DNA from: an uncultured Solibacteraceae bacterium
GTDB taxonomy: Bacteria > Acidobacteriota > Terriglobia > Bryobacterales > Bryobacteraceae
Reading direction: 5' to 3'
DNA: 31,228 bases
Assembly (NCBI GenBank): GCA_964487165.1
Contig: CAZARO010000001.1
Span: 1-31,228 of the forward strand
Shown here: one piece after another, positions 1 through 8,087 of the stretch
Numbering within the stretch: position 1 is the first letter of the stretch
Layout of the letters: each line of letters starts with the position of its first letter
Notes under the pieces: generated by a model
Told to the model about the DNA's origin: nothing
The model's input: only the letters and a program-made list of their open reading frames with translations
Databases searched by the model: none
Translations under genes and position numbers: made by a program

Positions 1-912
1 TACCGCTTCCGCGTGAAGGCCTGCAATAACAGCGGGGTGTGGAACGAGGCCGGCGCATCCTTCGATTTCTCCATCGATCCGGCATACTATCAGACCGCTT
101 GGTTCCAGGCATCGTGCGTGGCCGCTTTTCTGGGATTGCTCTGGGCGCTATACCGGTACCGCCTCCACCAGATTGCGCAGCAATTTGACGCGCGCCTGGA
201 CGAGCGTACACGCATCGCCCGCGAACTGCACGACACGCTATTGCAAGGTTTTCACGGCGTGATATTCCGCTTTCAGGCGGCTCGCAACATGCTCCCCCGG
301 CGCCCGGAAGAAGCGATCGAAGCTCTCGATGGAGCCCTGGAGCGCGCGGAGCAGGCGCTCGCCGAGGGCCGCGATGCGATACACGATCTACGTTCCTCGA
401 CAGTGGTCACGAACGAACTGGCGCAGGCGGTGACAGCCCTCGGTAAGGAAATGAGCCACGAACTGGCCTCCCAGGATTCGGCCCATGGCTTAGCGAAGTA
501 CCATGTGGTGGTGGAAGGGCCGCCGCGAGACCTGCATCCCATCCTGCGGGACGAGGTCTACGCGATTACCCGTGAGGCGGTGCGAAATGCTTTCCGCCAC
601 GCACAGGCGCGCGATATCGAAGTGGAAATCCGGTATAGCGGAAATTCCTTCCAGGTGCGCATCCGGGACGATGGAAAGGGTATCGATGCGGGAATCGTAG
701 CGGAGGGACGGGCCGGCCACTACGGCGTGCCCGGAATGCGCGAGCGCGCCCGGCGGATTGGCGGGAAGCTGGACGTGTGGACTGCGACCGGCGCAGGCAC
801 GGAGATCGCGTTGAGCATCCCTGCATCGATCGCATTCGGGACATCTCCCGGCCGCGGCGTTCTGGGGATATTCCGTAAGGCGCGTGGACGTGCGAAGGTG
901 GCGAACTCATGA
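1..912 (+). CDS. Sensor histidine kinase, HisKA_3/HATPase_c type, C-terminal part (Y_Y_Y domain end, TM helix, kinase core); 5' end lies outside the window
   Basis: Frame is open from base 1 (YRFRVKACNNSGVWN, typical end of a Y_Y_Y domain). It is followed by a hydrophobic helix (WFQASCVAAFLGLLWALY), the H-box ERTRIARELHDTLLQG, the N-box EAVRNAFRHA, and the G-boxes DDGKGI and GHYGVPGMRERA. Confidence 0.92.
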   Translation, partial: YRFRVKACNNSGVWNEAGASFDFSIDPAYYQTAWFQASCVAAFLGLLWALYRYRLHQIAQQFDARLDERTRIARELHDTLLQGFHGVIFRFQAARNMLPRRPEEAIEALDGALERAEQALAEGRDAIHDLRSSTVVTNELAQAVTALGKEMSHELASQDSAHGLAKYHVVVEGPPRDLHPILRDEVYAITREAVRNAFRHAQARDIEVEIRYSGNSFQVRIRDDGKGIDAGIVAEGRAGHYGVPGMRERARRIGGKLDVWTATGAGTEIALSIPASIAFGTSPGRGVLGIFRKARGRAKVANS

Positions 913-1523
913 TTGGGGTTCTTGCCGTGGATGATCATCCCCTGCTGCGCGAAGGAATCGCCGCGCTGGTGAATGCTGAATCCGACATGAAGCTGGTGGC
1001 GGAAGCCGCCAATGGACAGCAAGCGATCGAAAAGTTCCGGCTGCACCGGCCGGATGTGACGTTAATGGATCTCCAGATGCCCGCCATGAACGGCATCGAG
1101 GCAATTATCGGCATTCGCAGCGAATTCCCCAACGCCCGCATCGTCGTCCTGACTACCTACGCGGGCGATGTTCAGGTGTTGCGGGCGCTGAAAGCCGGCG
1201 CCCGGGGTTACGTCTTGAAGGGACAAGTGCGCCGGGAACTGCTGGACACCATCCGCGCCGTCCATGCCGGCCAAAAGCGAATCCCCCCGGAAGTTGCCGC
1301 CGAACTGGCTGACCATGCCGGGGATGACGAGTTGAGTTCACGGGAGACCGAGGTGCTCCGGCTGATCGCGGCCGGGAATGCGAACAAACAGATCGCCGGC
1401 CGGCTTGGCATTGCGGAGGAGACCGTCAAGAGCCACATTACGAACATCCTCGCAAAGCTGGGCGCTACTGACCGGACCCATGCCGTCACCACCGCCCTAA
1501 AACGCGGGATCATCGAATTGTAG
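909..1523 (+). CDS. NarL/LuxR-family response regulator (REC + LuxR HTH)
   Basis: VLAVDDHP, phospho-acceptor motif LMDLQMP, GARGYVLK, and LSSRETEVLRLIAAGNANKQIA...ETVKSHITNILAKL HTH. ATGA overlap with the kinase stop at 909-912. Confidence 0.96.
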   Translation: MIGVLAVDDHPLLREGIAALVNAESDMKLVAEAANGQQAIEKFRLHRPDVTLMDLQMPAMNGIEAIIGIRSEFPNARIVVLTTYAGDVQVLRALKAGARGYVLKGQVRRELLDTIRAVHAGQKRIPPEVAAELADHAGDDELSSRETEVLRLIAAGNANKQIAGRLGIAEETVKSHITNILAKLGATDRTHAVTTALKRGIIEL

Positions 1524-1524
1524 A

Positions 1525-1540
1525 TCCCCCAAAAGTCGGA
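1525..1540. promoter_or_regulatory. Candidate NarL-type 7-2-7 operator upstream of the DoxX-like gene
   Basis: TCCCCCA-AA-AGTCGGA resembles TACYYMT-NN-AKRRGTA. A near copy (GATCCCCCWAAAGT, 13/14 identical) recurs at 2006-2019. Confidence 0.4.
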
Positions 1541-1607
1541 TCGCCCGGCCACAGTTTTGGGTGTTTCGATACTGTTGCGAATCCCTTACACTCAAAACGG
1601 AACGATC

Positions 1608-1994
1608 GTGCAACGGCTATTTTCGAGCTTCGCTGACGGTTGGCCAGGCCTGGGTCTTCTTCTCTTGCGGCTACTAACAGCCGCAGCACTTATCTATTTT
1701 GGGATTGCCAGCGTGCGTGCGTCACCTCCGTTGACGACTATCGTATTGCAGATCATCGGGATCGCTGCCGGTATACTCCTTCTGATCGGTCTGTGGACCC
1801 CGGTGGCGGGCGGGCTGGCGGCCATCGTGAAGGTCTGGATCGCCTTGTCACGGTATCTGTCGCATTCCGGCGATCCGTGGATTGCCTTCACTCAGGCGGT
1901 ACTCAGCGCGGTTTTGGCGATGGTCGGACCTGGCGCATGGTCCATCGACGCCCGGCTGTTCGGCAGGCGGCGCATCGATCTGCCGGAACTCTAG
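1608..1994 (+). CDS. DoxX-like small membrane protein
   Basis: ORF 1557..1994. Likely start is GTG 1608 (MQRLFSSFADGWPGLGLLLLR). It has about 4 hydrophobic helices and the DoxX-type C-terminal motif GPGAWSIDARLFG. Confidence 0.75.
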   Translation: MQRLFSSFADGWPGLGLLLLRLLTAAALIYFGIASVRASPPLTTIVLQIIGIAAGILLLIGLWTPVAGGLAAIVKVWIALSRYLSHSGDPWIAFTQAVLSAVLAMVGPGAWSIDARLFGRRRIDLPEL

Positions 1995-2007
1995 AGGTGC
2001 TTTTTGA

Positions 2008-2047
2008 TCCCCCTAAAGTTGTAGCGTCAGATCTCACTAACCGGGTA
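2008..2047. promoter_or_regulatory. Two tandem candidate NarL-type 7-2-7 boxes
   Basis: TCCCCCT-AA-AGTTGTA (2008-2023) and TCTCACT-AA-CCGGGTA (2032-2047). Both are preceded by GA, like the box at 1525. Confidence 0.35.
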
Positions 2048-2149
2048 ATCGGTTGCCCGACTATTTAGCCAACACATGATTGGACTATCCAGGGTTGGCG
2101 CCAGACGGGAACTGATCCACAATCAGTCCATAACAGCGAGGAGGGAACA

Positions 2150-2251
2150 ATGAGCAGGACTGAAGTGGACCGATTTCGAGCCGCTCTCGCGGTTTGTGAC
2201 CTCGGCGCCGACCTGACGCTGGCGGTGGGAACACGTTGGCTTTGGAATTAG
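2150..2251 (+). pseudogene. 33-aa ORF with strong RBS; possible internally deleted TraR/DksA-family remnant
   Basis: GAGGAGGGAACA-ATG start. MSRTEVDRFRAALAVCDLGADLTLAVGTRWLWN*. The first 11 aa and ALAVCDL resemble, from recall, two separate segments of acidobacterial TraR/DksA proteins. No zinc finger is present. Confidence 0.35.
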
Positions 2252-2262
2252 TGAGGACAAGT

Positions 2263-3354
2263 ATGGCTTCGGACAATATATCTGTTATCAGCAGTTGCTT
2301 CCAAAACTCATTCTTGGCTGGCCGGCATGAAACCGCTTTCGAGCAGCCAAGCGGAAACCTGGTGTATCTTAATCCCGCGCTGCGCCTTAAGTACCCTGAC
2401 GGCATTGTCGGCGAGAGCGACGCTCTGAACGATATGGTGACTCAAATCAGAATGGTCGCCCCCACCGTTACTACCGTGCTTATCGAAGGAGAAACCGGCA
2501 CTGGCAAGGAACTCGCCGCTCATGCTATCCACCGCCACAGTCCGCGAAGCGCGCAGCCATTCGTCAAGATGAATTGCGCCGCCATTCCGGCAGCGTTGTT
2601 GGAGAGCGAGTTATTTGGCCATGAGAGGGGTGCATTCACCGGCGCTTTAATCCGGCGAATGGGACGATTTGAGGCCGCGCACAATGGCACGCTGTTTCTG
2701 GATGAGATCGGCGACATGCCCCTCGAACTCCAGGCGAAGCTCCTCCGCGTACTGCAGGATCACGAGTTCGAGCGCTTGGGGAGCAGCAGCACCGTCAAAG
2801 TGGACGTTCGCGTCATCGCGGCAACCAATCAGGATCTCGAGCAGCTTGTGGTCGAGAAGAAATTCCGTATGGATTTGTTCTACAGGCTGAATGTGTTTCC
2901 CATCTCCCTGCCTCCTTTACGCCGGCGGACAAAAGACATCCCCTTGCTGGCGGAGCATTTCATTGGTCTGTTTAACGAGCGTATGAACAAGCGCATCAAC
3001 AGGATTCCGGCAGATGCCTTGGATGCGCTGCTGCGCTATCACTGGCCGGGCAACATCCGCGAGCTACAGAACGTAATCGAGCGTTCTGTATTACATACTC
3101 CGGACGAGGTCCTGCGGCTTTGCCACCTACCCACCGATAACCGGACGGAACCAGTAACCCTGGAGGATGCCGAACGCGAACATATTCTGAAGGCGCTGCG
3201 GGAGACCAACTGGGTTGTGGGCGGACCGGCAGGAGCAGCAACTCGGCTCGGAGTGAAAAGGACCACCCTGATTCACATGATGCGCAGGCGGGGGATTTCG
3301 CACGGCGCGGCCAGCCTGCGACAGGCAGTTCAGGAAAAGTATTCAGTAAGGTAG
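2263..3354 (+). CDS. Sigma-54-dependent transcriptional activator (FhlA/NtrC-like AAA+ plus Fis HTH) with no N-terminal sensory domain
   Basis: RBS GAGGA 5 nt before ATG 2263. Walker A GETGTGKE, ESELFGHERGAFTGA, Walker B LFLDEIG, RVIAATN, DLFYRLNVFP, WPGNIRELQNVIER, and the FhlA-type HTH NWVVGGPAGAATRLGVKRTTL. Confidence 0.92.
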   Translation: MASDNISVISSCFQNSFLAGRHETAFEQPSGNLVYLNPALRLKYPDGIVGESDALNDMVTQIRMVAPTVTTVLIEGETGTGKELAAHAIHRHSPRSAQPFVKMNCAAIPAALLESELFGHERGAFTGALIRRMGRFEAAHNGTLFLDEIGDMPLELQAKLLRVLQDHEFERLGSSSTVKVDVRVIAATNQDLEQLVVEKKFRMDLFYRLNVFPISLPPLRRRTKDIPLLAEHFIGLFNERMNKRINRIPADALDALLRYHWPGNIRELQNVIERSVLHTPDEVLRLCHLPTDNRTEPVTLEDAEREHILKALRETNWVVGGPAGAATRLGVKRTTLIHMMRRRGISHGAASLRQAVQEKYSVR

Positions 3355-3384
3355 CATCGCTCAGATGCCCGCCATGGGCCGCGC

Positions 3385-3411
3385 CCGCCGCCATCGCGCG
3401 AATGGCGGCGG
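3385..3411. terminator. GC-rich hairpin between convergent genes (terminator- or REP-like)
   Basis: CCGCCGCCAT-CGCGCGA-ATGGCGGCGG gives a 10-bp stem and 7-nt loop. There is no clear U-tract. Confidence 0.4.
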
Positions 3412-3436
3412 TCGACGCGGCCTTACGTTCACTCTG

Positions 3437-4273
3437 TTATGCGGCCATCTGCTGTTTCTGCAGAAAAGCGAGCAGTTCCTGATTGATGACATCCGCGTGC
3501 GTGGTGCAGAGCCCGTGGGGGGCGCCGGCGATCACTTTCAGGGTGCCGTGCTTGACAAGCTTGGAGCTCAGCTTCCCCGAGTCGTCGAGCGGCACGATCT
3601 GGTCGGCATCGCCCTGAATCACGAGAACCGGGACGTCGATTTTCTTCAGGTCTTCCGTTTGGTCCGTTTCGGAAAAGGCCTTGATGCAATCGTAGGAACC
3701 GACGACTGAGGATTGCATCCCCAGTAGCCAGAATGTCTCCCGAACGCCCTCAGAGATTTTCGCGCCGGGCTTGTTGTAACCGTAAAACGGAAGGCTCAGG
3801 TCTTTATAAAACTGCGGGCGGTCCTTGACGACCCCGGCGCGGATATCGTCGAAAACGGACAGCGGTAAACCGCCCGGATTCTTCTCGGTCTTGAGCATCA
3901 GCGGGGGAACGGAGGAAATCAGCACCACCTTCGCGACACGCTTCTGGCCGTGGCGCGCGATGTAGCGGACCACTTCGCCCCCACCAGTGGAATGGCCGAC
4001 CATGGTGGCATCTTTAATATCGAGGTGATTCATCAACTCGGCAAGATCGTCGGCGTATTGATCCATGTTGTTGCCTTGCCAGGTCTGTCCCGAGCGGCCA
4101 TGGCCGCGGCGGTCGTGGGCGATGACGCGGTAGCCCCGCTGTCCGAGGAACAGCATCTGCGCATCCCAGGCATCGGCGCTGAGTGGCCAGCCATGCGAGA
4201 AAGTTATGACCGGGCCGGTGCCCCAGTCCTTGTAGTAGATCGAGGTTCCATCTTTCGTAGTAAACGTATTCAT
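3437..4273 (-). CDS. cpo: Non-heme chloroperoxidase / perhydrolase-type alpha/beta hydrolase
   Basis: N-terminus [36 protein letters not shown], nucleophile elbow [14 protein letters not shown] (Asp) and GAPHGL (His). RBS GAAGGAGA. Confidence 0.9.
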   Translation of the reverse strand: MNTFTTKDGTSIYYKDWGTGPVITFSHGWPLSADAWDAQMLFLGQRGYRVIAHDRRGHGRSGQTWQGNNMDQYADDLAELMNHLDIKDATMVGHSTGGGEVVRYIARHGQKRVAKVVLISSVPPLMLKTEKNPGGLPLSVFDDIRAGVVKDRPQFYKDLSLPFYGYNKPGAKISEGVRETFWLLGMQSSVVGSYDCIKAFSETDQTEDLKKIDVPVLVIQGDADQIVPLDDSGKLSSKLVKHGTLKVIAGAPHGLCTTHADVINQELLAFLQKQQMAA

Positions 4274-4319
4274 TGTTTTTCTCCTTCGACTGCTTTTGGT
4301 CTATGAAAAGCGCCTGCCA

Positions 4320-5354
4320 TCAAATGGCGGCAGGAACGTACGGGAAGGTTTTCGACGGCTTCGAAGTGACTGACTCCTTGCCGATCCCAAGGTTTACGGG
4401 AGTGTTCGCGGCAATCGAGAACATGACATCCGGCGCGTTGTCCGTTAGCGAGCGGCCGTTCCACGCCGCAAAACCGAACACCGCCGGCGTGCCGACTTCG
4501 TAAGGGAGGATATTGGGGAAGAAGCGGTGCGCAACGGTCTGCGCATACGCTTTCGGATCTTCCGCGGTGCCGATGGCCGACACGGCGCGGCAGATCGACG
4601 TGGTAACAGCCTCGCCATAAGTCGCGAAGTCATCTCTGGGATGCCCGGCATTGAGGCGGTTGCCGAGATCTTCGTTGAATTGCGTGAACAGCGGATGGAT
4701 CATGGGTAGGCCCACGCGATTGATGGAGCGCCATCCGCCGGCATCGGTAGCCAGCGTCGACACCGCCCACACTCCGATTCGGCGCTTGCCGCCGGCGCCC
4801 GCGAGCAACTCGGCATCGGGCACTTCCAGCACGATCGAATAGACGGTATGGCCGGCGAAGAGGTTCTTCGCGCGACTGGGATCCCAGCCGGACAGGTTCA
4901 CGACCGTGCCGTCCTGAAAAGCATGCCCCACCGCGTGCAGCACATCGGGCTCAATCCAGAACGGGTCGCTGGCTTTGCCCGCCCACACGCGCAGACCGGA
5001 TGGCGCGATGACGGTGTCGCCAGTGGTCCCCTGCGCGACGATAACGCCAGGCGCGTGCGGATCCACCGCCTCCGCACCCCTGATGCAGCGGACGACGTAG
5101 CTTTGTTTCCCGTGTTGGTCACGTTCGTTGAATGTAAGGCGGTAGGTGACATCCTCCACTGAGTCACCGTTGAGATCAGCCTTGAACTCATACATGCCTT
5201 CCGGATGATAGCCGGGAGCAGGGATGGGGCCGAAAATGGAGTGACAGACATTGATGACAAACACGGTGCCTGTTTGGCCCCGGAACACATAGAGATCCGT
5301 GATATCGAGGCGGATATCCTGCCGAGCAATGGGCGAATCGAGATGATGCGACAT
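4320..5354 (-). CDS. DUF4331-family protein
   Basis: Characteristic MSHHLDSP...DITDLYVF start, DPFW motif and C-terminal NGRSLTDNAPDV...FPYV. RBS AAGGAG. Confidence 0.8.
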   Translation of the reverse strand: MSHHLDSPIARQDIRLDITDLYVFRGQTGTVFVINVCHSIFGPIPAPGYHPEGMYEFKADLNGDSVEDVTYRLTFNERDQHGKQSYVVRCIRGAEAVDPHAPGVIVAQGTTGDTVIAPSGLRVWAGKASDPFWIEPDVLHAVGHAFQDGTVVNLSGWDPSRAKNLFAGHTVYSIVLEVPDAELLAGAGGKRRIGVWAVSTLATDAGGWRSINRVGLPMIHPLFTQFNEDLGNRLNAGHPRDDFATYGEAVTTSICRAVSAIGTAEDPKAYAQTVAHRFFPNILPYEVGTPAVFGFAAWNGRSLTDNAPDVMFSIAANTPVNLGIGKESVTSKPSKTFPYVPAAI

Positions 5355-5379
5355 AGAGCTCCTTTCTTTGCGATGGTGT

Positions 5380-6420
5380 TTAGGGTTTCAAGGCCTCGCG
5401 GATGGCATCGCTCGCCTGCCTGAGCGCGGCTTCCACGCCAGGCACCCCGCGAATCGCGTTGAGGGTCACGAAGTCGTGGATCATTCCGTTGTAGCGAGTG
5501 GCGGTAACCACAACGCCGGCATCCTTGAGCTTGCGTGCGTAAGCTTCCCCCTCGTCGCGAAGCGGATCGTTCTCGGCGGTGATCACCAGGGCCGGCGGCA
5601 ATCCTTTCAGCTCTTCGTTGCCGGCTCGCAGCGGCGACACATACGGGCTGTTGCGCGTCTTCTCATCCGGCACGTAAAGGTCCCACCCGTACTTCATGAA
5701 CGCGCGCGACAGGAACCGGCCAGTGGCGAACTCGTGGTAAGAGGCAGTGTCGACACTGGCATCGGTGGCGGGGATTAAGAGCACCTGGTAGGCGACTTTC
5801 GGGCCACTTCGATCCTTTGCCATCAGCGTGAGGGCAGCCGTCATGTCGCCGCCCACCGAGTTCCCCGCGATGGCGATGCGGTTGCCGTCGGCGCCGAATT
5901 CACCGGCATGCGCCGCCGCCCACTTCAACGCGGCGTAGCATTCCTCGGGTTGCGTGGGATATTTGGCCGCCGGCAGCGGAGTGTACTCGACGAACACGCC
6001 GATCTGGCCCGAGCCGACCACGAGATCGCGCAGCAGTCTCTGATGGTTTTGGAAGTTGCCGACAATCCAGACGCCACCATGGACGAAAAACAGAATACCA
6101 GGCGTACCCGTCACGTGCTCCGGCGACATGATGTATAGCTTCAGCGTGCGCCCATCCTGCGTGATGGTCTTCTCGACCGTGGTTACGCCCGACATGTCGA
6201 CAGGCGTCTTGTTCTGCAAAGCGGTGAGGATCTCCTGCGGCTTCGGTTGGGGCAGTTCCCAGAACGGGCTGCTGTCTTTGTTGAGGACCGCGAGAAAGGC
6301 CCGCACTTGCGGATCGATTCGCGGATCGGTGGCCGCATCAGGAGTGCCGGCCAACGCCGTCTGCATGAGGACAATCATTCCTCCGAGAGCTATGGAGACT
6401 AACTTGCCGTAACGTTTCAT
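5380..6420 (-). CDS. HSL-family (abhydrolase_3) esterase/lipase with predicted signal peptide
   Basis: Signal-like MKRYGKLVSIALGGMIVLMQTALA, oxyanion motif HGGVW, GNSVGG nucleophile, AENDPLRDEG (Asp) and GMIHDF (His). Confidence 0.9.
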   Translation of the reverse strand: MKRYGKLVSIALGGMIVLMQTALAGTPDAATDPRIDPQVRAFLAVLNKDSSPFWELPQPKPQEILTALQNKTPVDMSGVTTVEKTITQDGRTLKLYIMSPEHVTGTPGILFFVHGGVWIVGNFQNHQRLLRDLVVGSGQIGVFVEYTPLPAAKYPTQPEECYAALKWAAAHAGEFGADGNRIAIAGNSVGGDMTAALTLMAKDRSGPKVAYQVLLIPATDASVDTASYHEFATGRFLSRAFMKYGWDLYVPDEKTRNSPYVSPLRAGNEELKGLPPALVITAENDPLRDEGEAYARKLKDAGVVVTATRYNGMIHDFVTLNAIRGVPGVEAALRQASDAIREALKP

Positions 6421-7037
6421 TAACTGAATCCTTTCTTATTTGCCTTGGCGCAGGGCGCCATCGGACTGCCGATTCTAAATTGGGTTTAGCTGCTGAAGAC
6501 CATGGTCGCTGGTTGTGTTTCGCATCGAGCACTTAAGTGTAGAAACGAGTCACATTTCGGAGACCTCACTACCGAGCGAGGGCTTCGGCTCATGCCGCAC
6601 AGCAATACGAGACAATTGCGAGCATCAGAGCTTCGCCTCATCGAAGGGTGTCTGTATCGCAGATAAACGATGCAAACGGCGGACCATTATTCAAGCGTTG
6701 ATTCTCCAAGGGATAGTCCAACGCCGAAACTGTCTTCTGTCATTATGCGAACACCGATGTCATGGAGATGCCATCGCGTAAGGAAAGCCGGCGGCAATTG
6801 GGGTATGCCGAAACTCATCGGCTTGGCGCAGATCACCATCTGACGTGACAAGGGATTTCTGTGCGAGTCCGATGGAGACCGGAAGAAAAGGCCGCGCTTG
6901 GTTGCCCGGGGTGGAATGACGGCAGTGGGAGGTCTCCCAGGGCGGCGATAGCGACCATCTTGAGACGATGGCTGCCGCAGAATCGGACAAGATCCGGACC
7001 CCGGCCATGCTGCCGTCTTCATTGAGACTCGATGCGT

Positions 7038-8087
7038 TCAGTAATACCCTTGGTTGTCCCGCACGACACTTACTTTTCCCGCATAACGCCGCGAGATGAA
7101 GACGAAATAAGCCGTCGCCAGTACAAAGCCTAAGGGCCACCAAACAGATGCGAGAAGGAGCGACTCCGCGCTGGAAGACGCGTTGTAAGCGGTCAGTGAA
7201 TTCCCCGGATCGAGCGTCGAGTAAAGCATCACGGGGAAAAAAGCTGCACTTCCGGTGACCAGCAGGCCGGCCAGCAGTAAATTGGATCCCACGAAAGCCC
7301 GCCCTTCCTGACCCTTCGCAAGGCCCGAAACCAGGGTGCAGGCCGCAATGACGATCAAGAGCAATCCGATCCAGCAGAGAGGACGCTTCGTCGCATAATC
7401 GGCCAGTCCCGGACGAACGTTCCACGATTCAATCGAAATTGCGACGAAGAGCGGAACAACTGCCGTCCAGGCATGCCTGGCCCACTTTGCGCATCGATCG
7501 TGCACCGGGCCTTCTGTTTTGAGCGTGAGGTATGTGGCGCCGTGAGCCACCAGCACCGCAACGGTGAAGACGGCAACCGAGACGGTGTACCAATCGAGCA
7601 AACCAACATACCCGCGCGCCATGAAATTGGTGAAAAAGGCCATGGAGAAGTTGCCCTGGGCATCGAGAGGAACACCGCGCACCTGGTTGCCCGCCGCGGC
7701 ACCGAAAAGAACGGCTAGCAGAAAGTTGGCGAACGCGAAAACGAAGTCCCAAAATCCCTGCCAGAGGGAGTCATCGATTTGCCGACTGACTTCGATGGAA
7801 ATGCCGCGCAGAATCAGAGCCCATAAGATCAGCATGAGAGCAAGATAATAGCCGGCAAAAGCCGACGCCATCAGACGCGGGAATACCGCCAGCAGGGTGC
7901 CACCGAAGCCCACCAGCCATACTTCATGCCAAGACCACAGCGGCCCGATCGCGGCAATCACCTGTCGCCGCTCATCGGGCGTCCTGGACACAAAGCGTTG
8001 CAGCATTCCCGCGCCAAAATTCCGCCCATCCAACACCACATAGATCACGAGCATGAGACTGACGATGGCGTACCAGGTGGCAATCAT
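7038..8087 (-). CDS. cydB: Cytochrome bd ubiquinol oxidase subunit II
   Basis: YVVLDGRNFGAG, IGPLWSWHEVWLV (GPxWDGNEVW-like), FP..A..F..YY motif, polytopic membrane pattern. ATGA overlap with cydA. Confidence 0.93.
   Translation of the reverse strand: MIATWYAIVSLMLVIYVVLDGRNFGAGMLQRFVSRTPDERRQVIAAIGPLWSWHEVWLVGFGGTLLAVFPRLMASAFAGYYLALMLILWALILRGISIEVSRQIDDSLWQGFWDFVFAFANFLLAVLFGAAAGNQVRGVPLDAQGNFSMAFFTNFMARGYVGLLDWYTVSVAVFTVAVLVAHGATYLTLKTEGPVHDRCAKWARHAWTAVVPLFVAISIESWNVRPGLADYATKRPLCWIGLLLIVIAACTLVSGLAKGQEGRAFVGSNLLLAGLLVTGSAAFFPVMLYSTLDPGNSLTAYNASSSAESLLLASVWWPLGFVLATAYFVFISRRYAGKVSVVRDNQGYY

Noticed and set aside
1557-1607. TTG 1557 as start of the DoxX-like gene
   Set aside because: Family-like sequence begins at GTG 1608, and the upstream segment looks like promoter DNA.
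6760-7425. 221-aa and 111-aa minus-strand ORFs in and after the cydB 3' end
   Set aside because: Off-frame overlap with cydB, no RBS or recognisable motif, and composition typical of non-coding frames.
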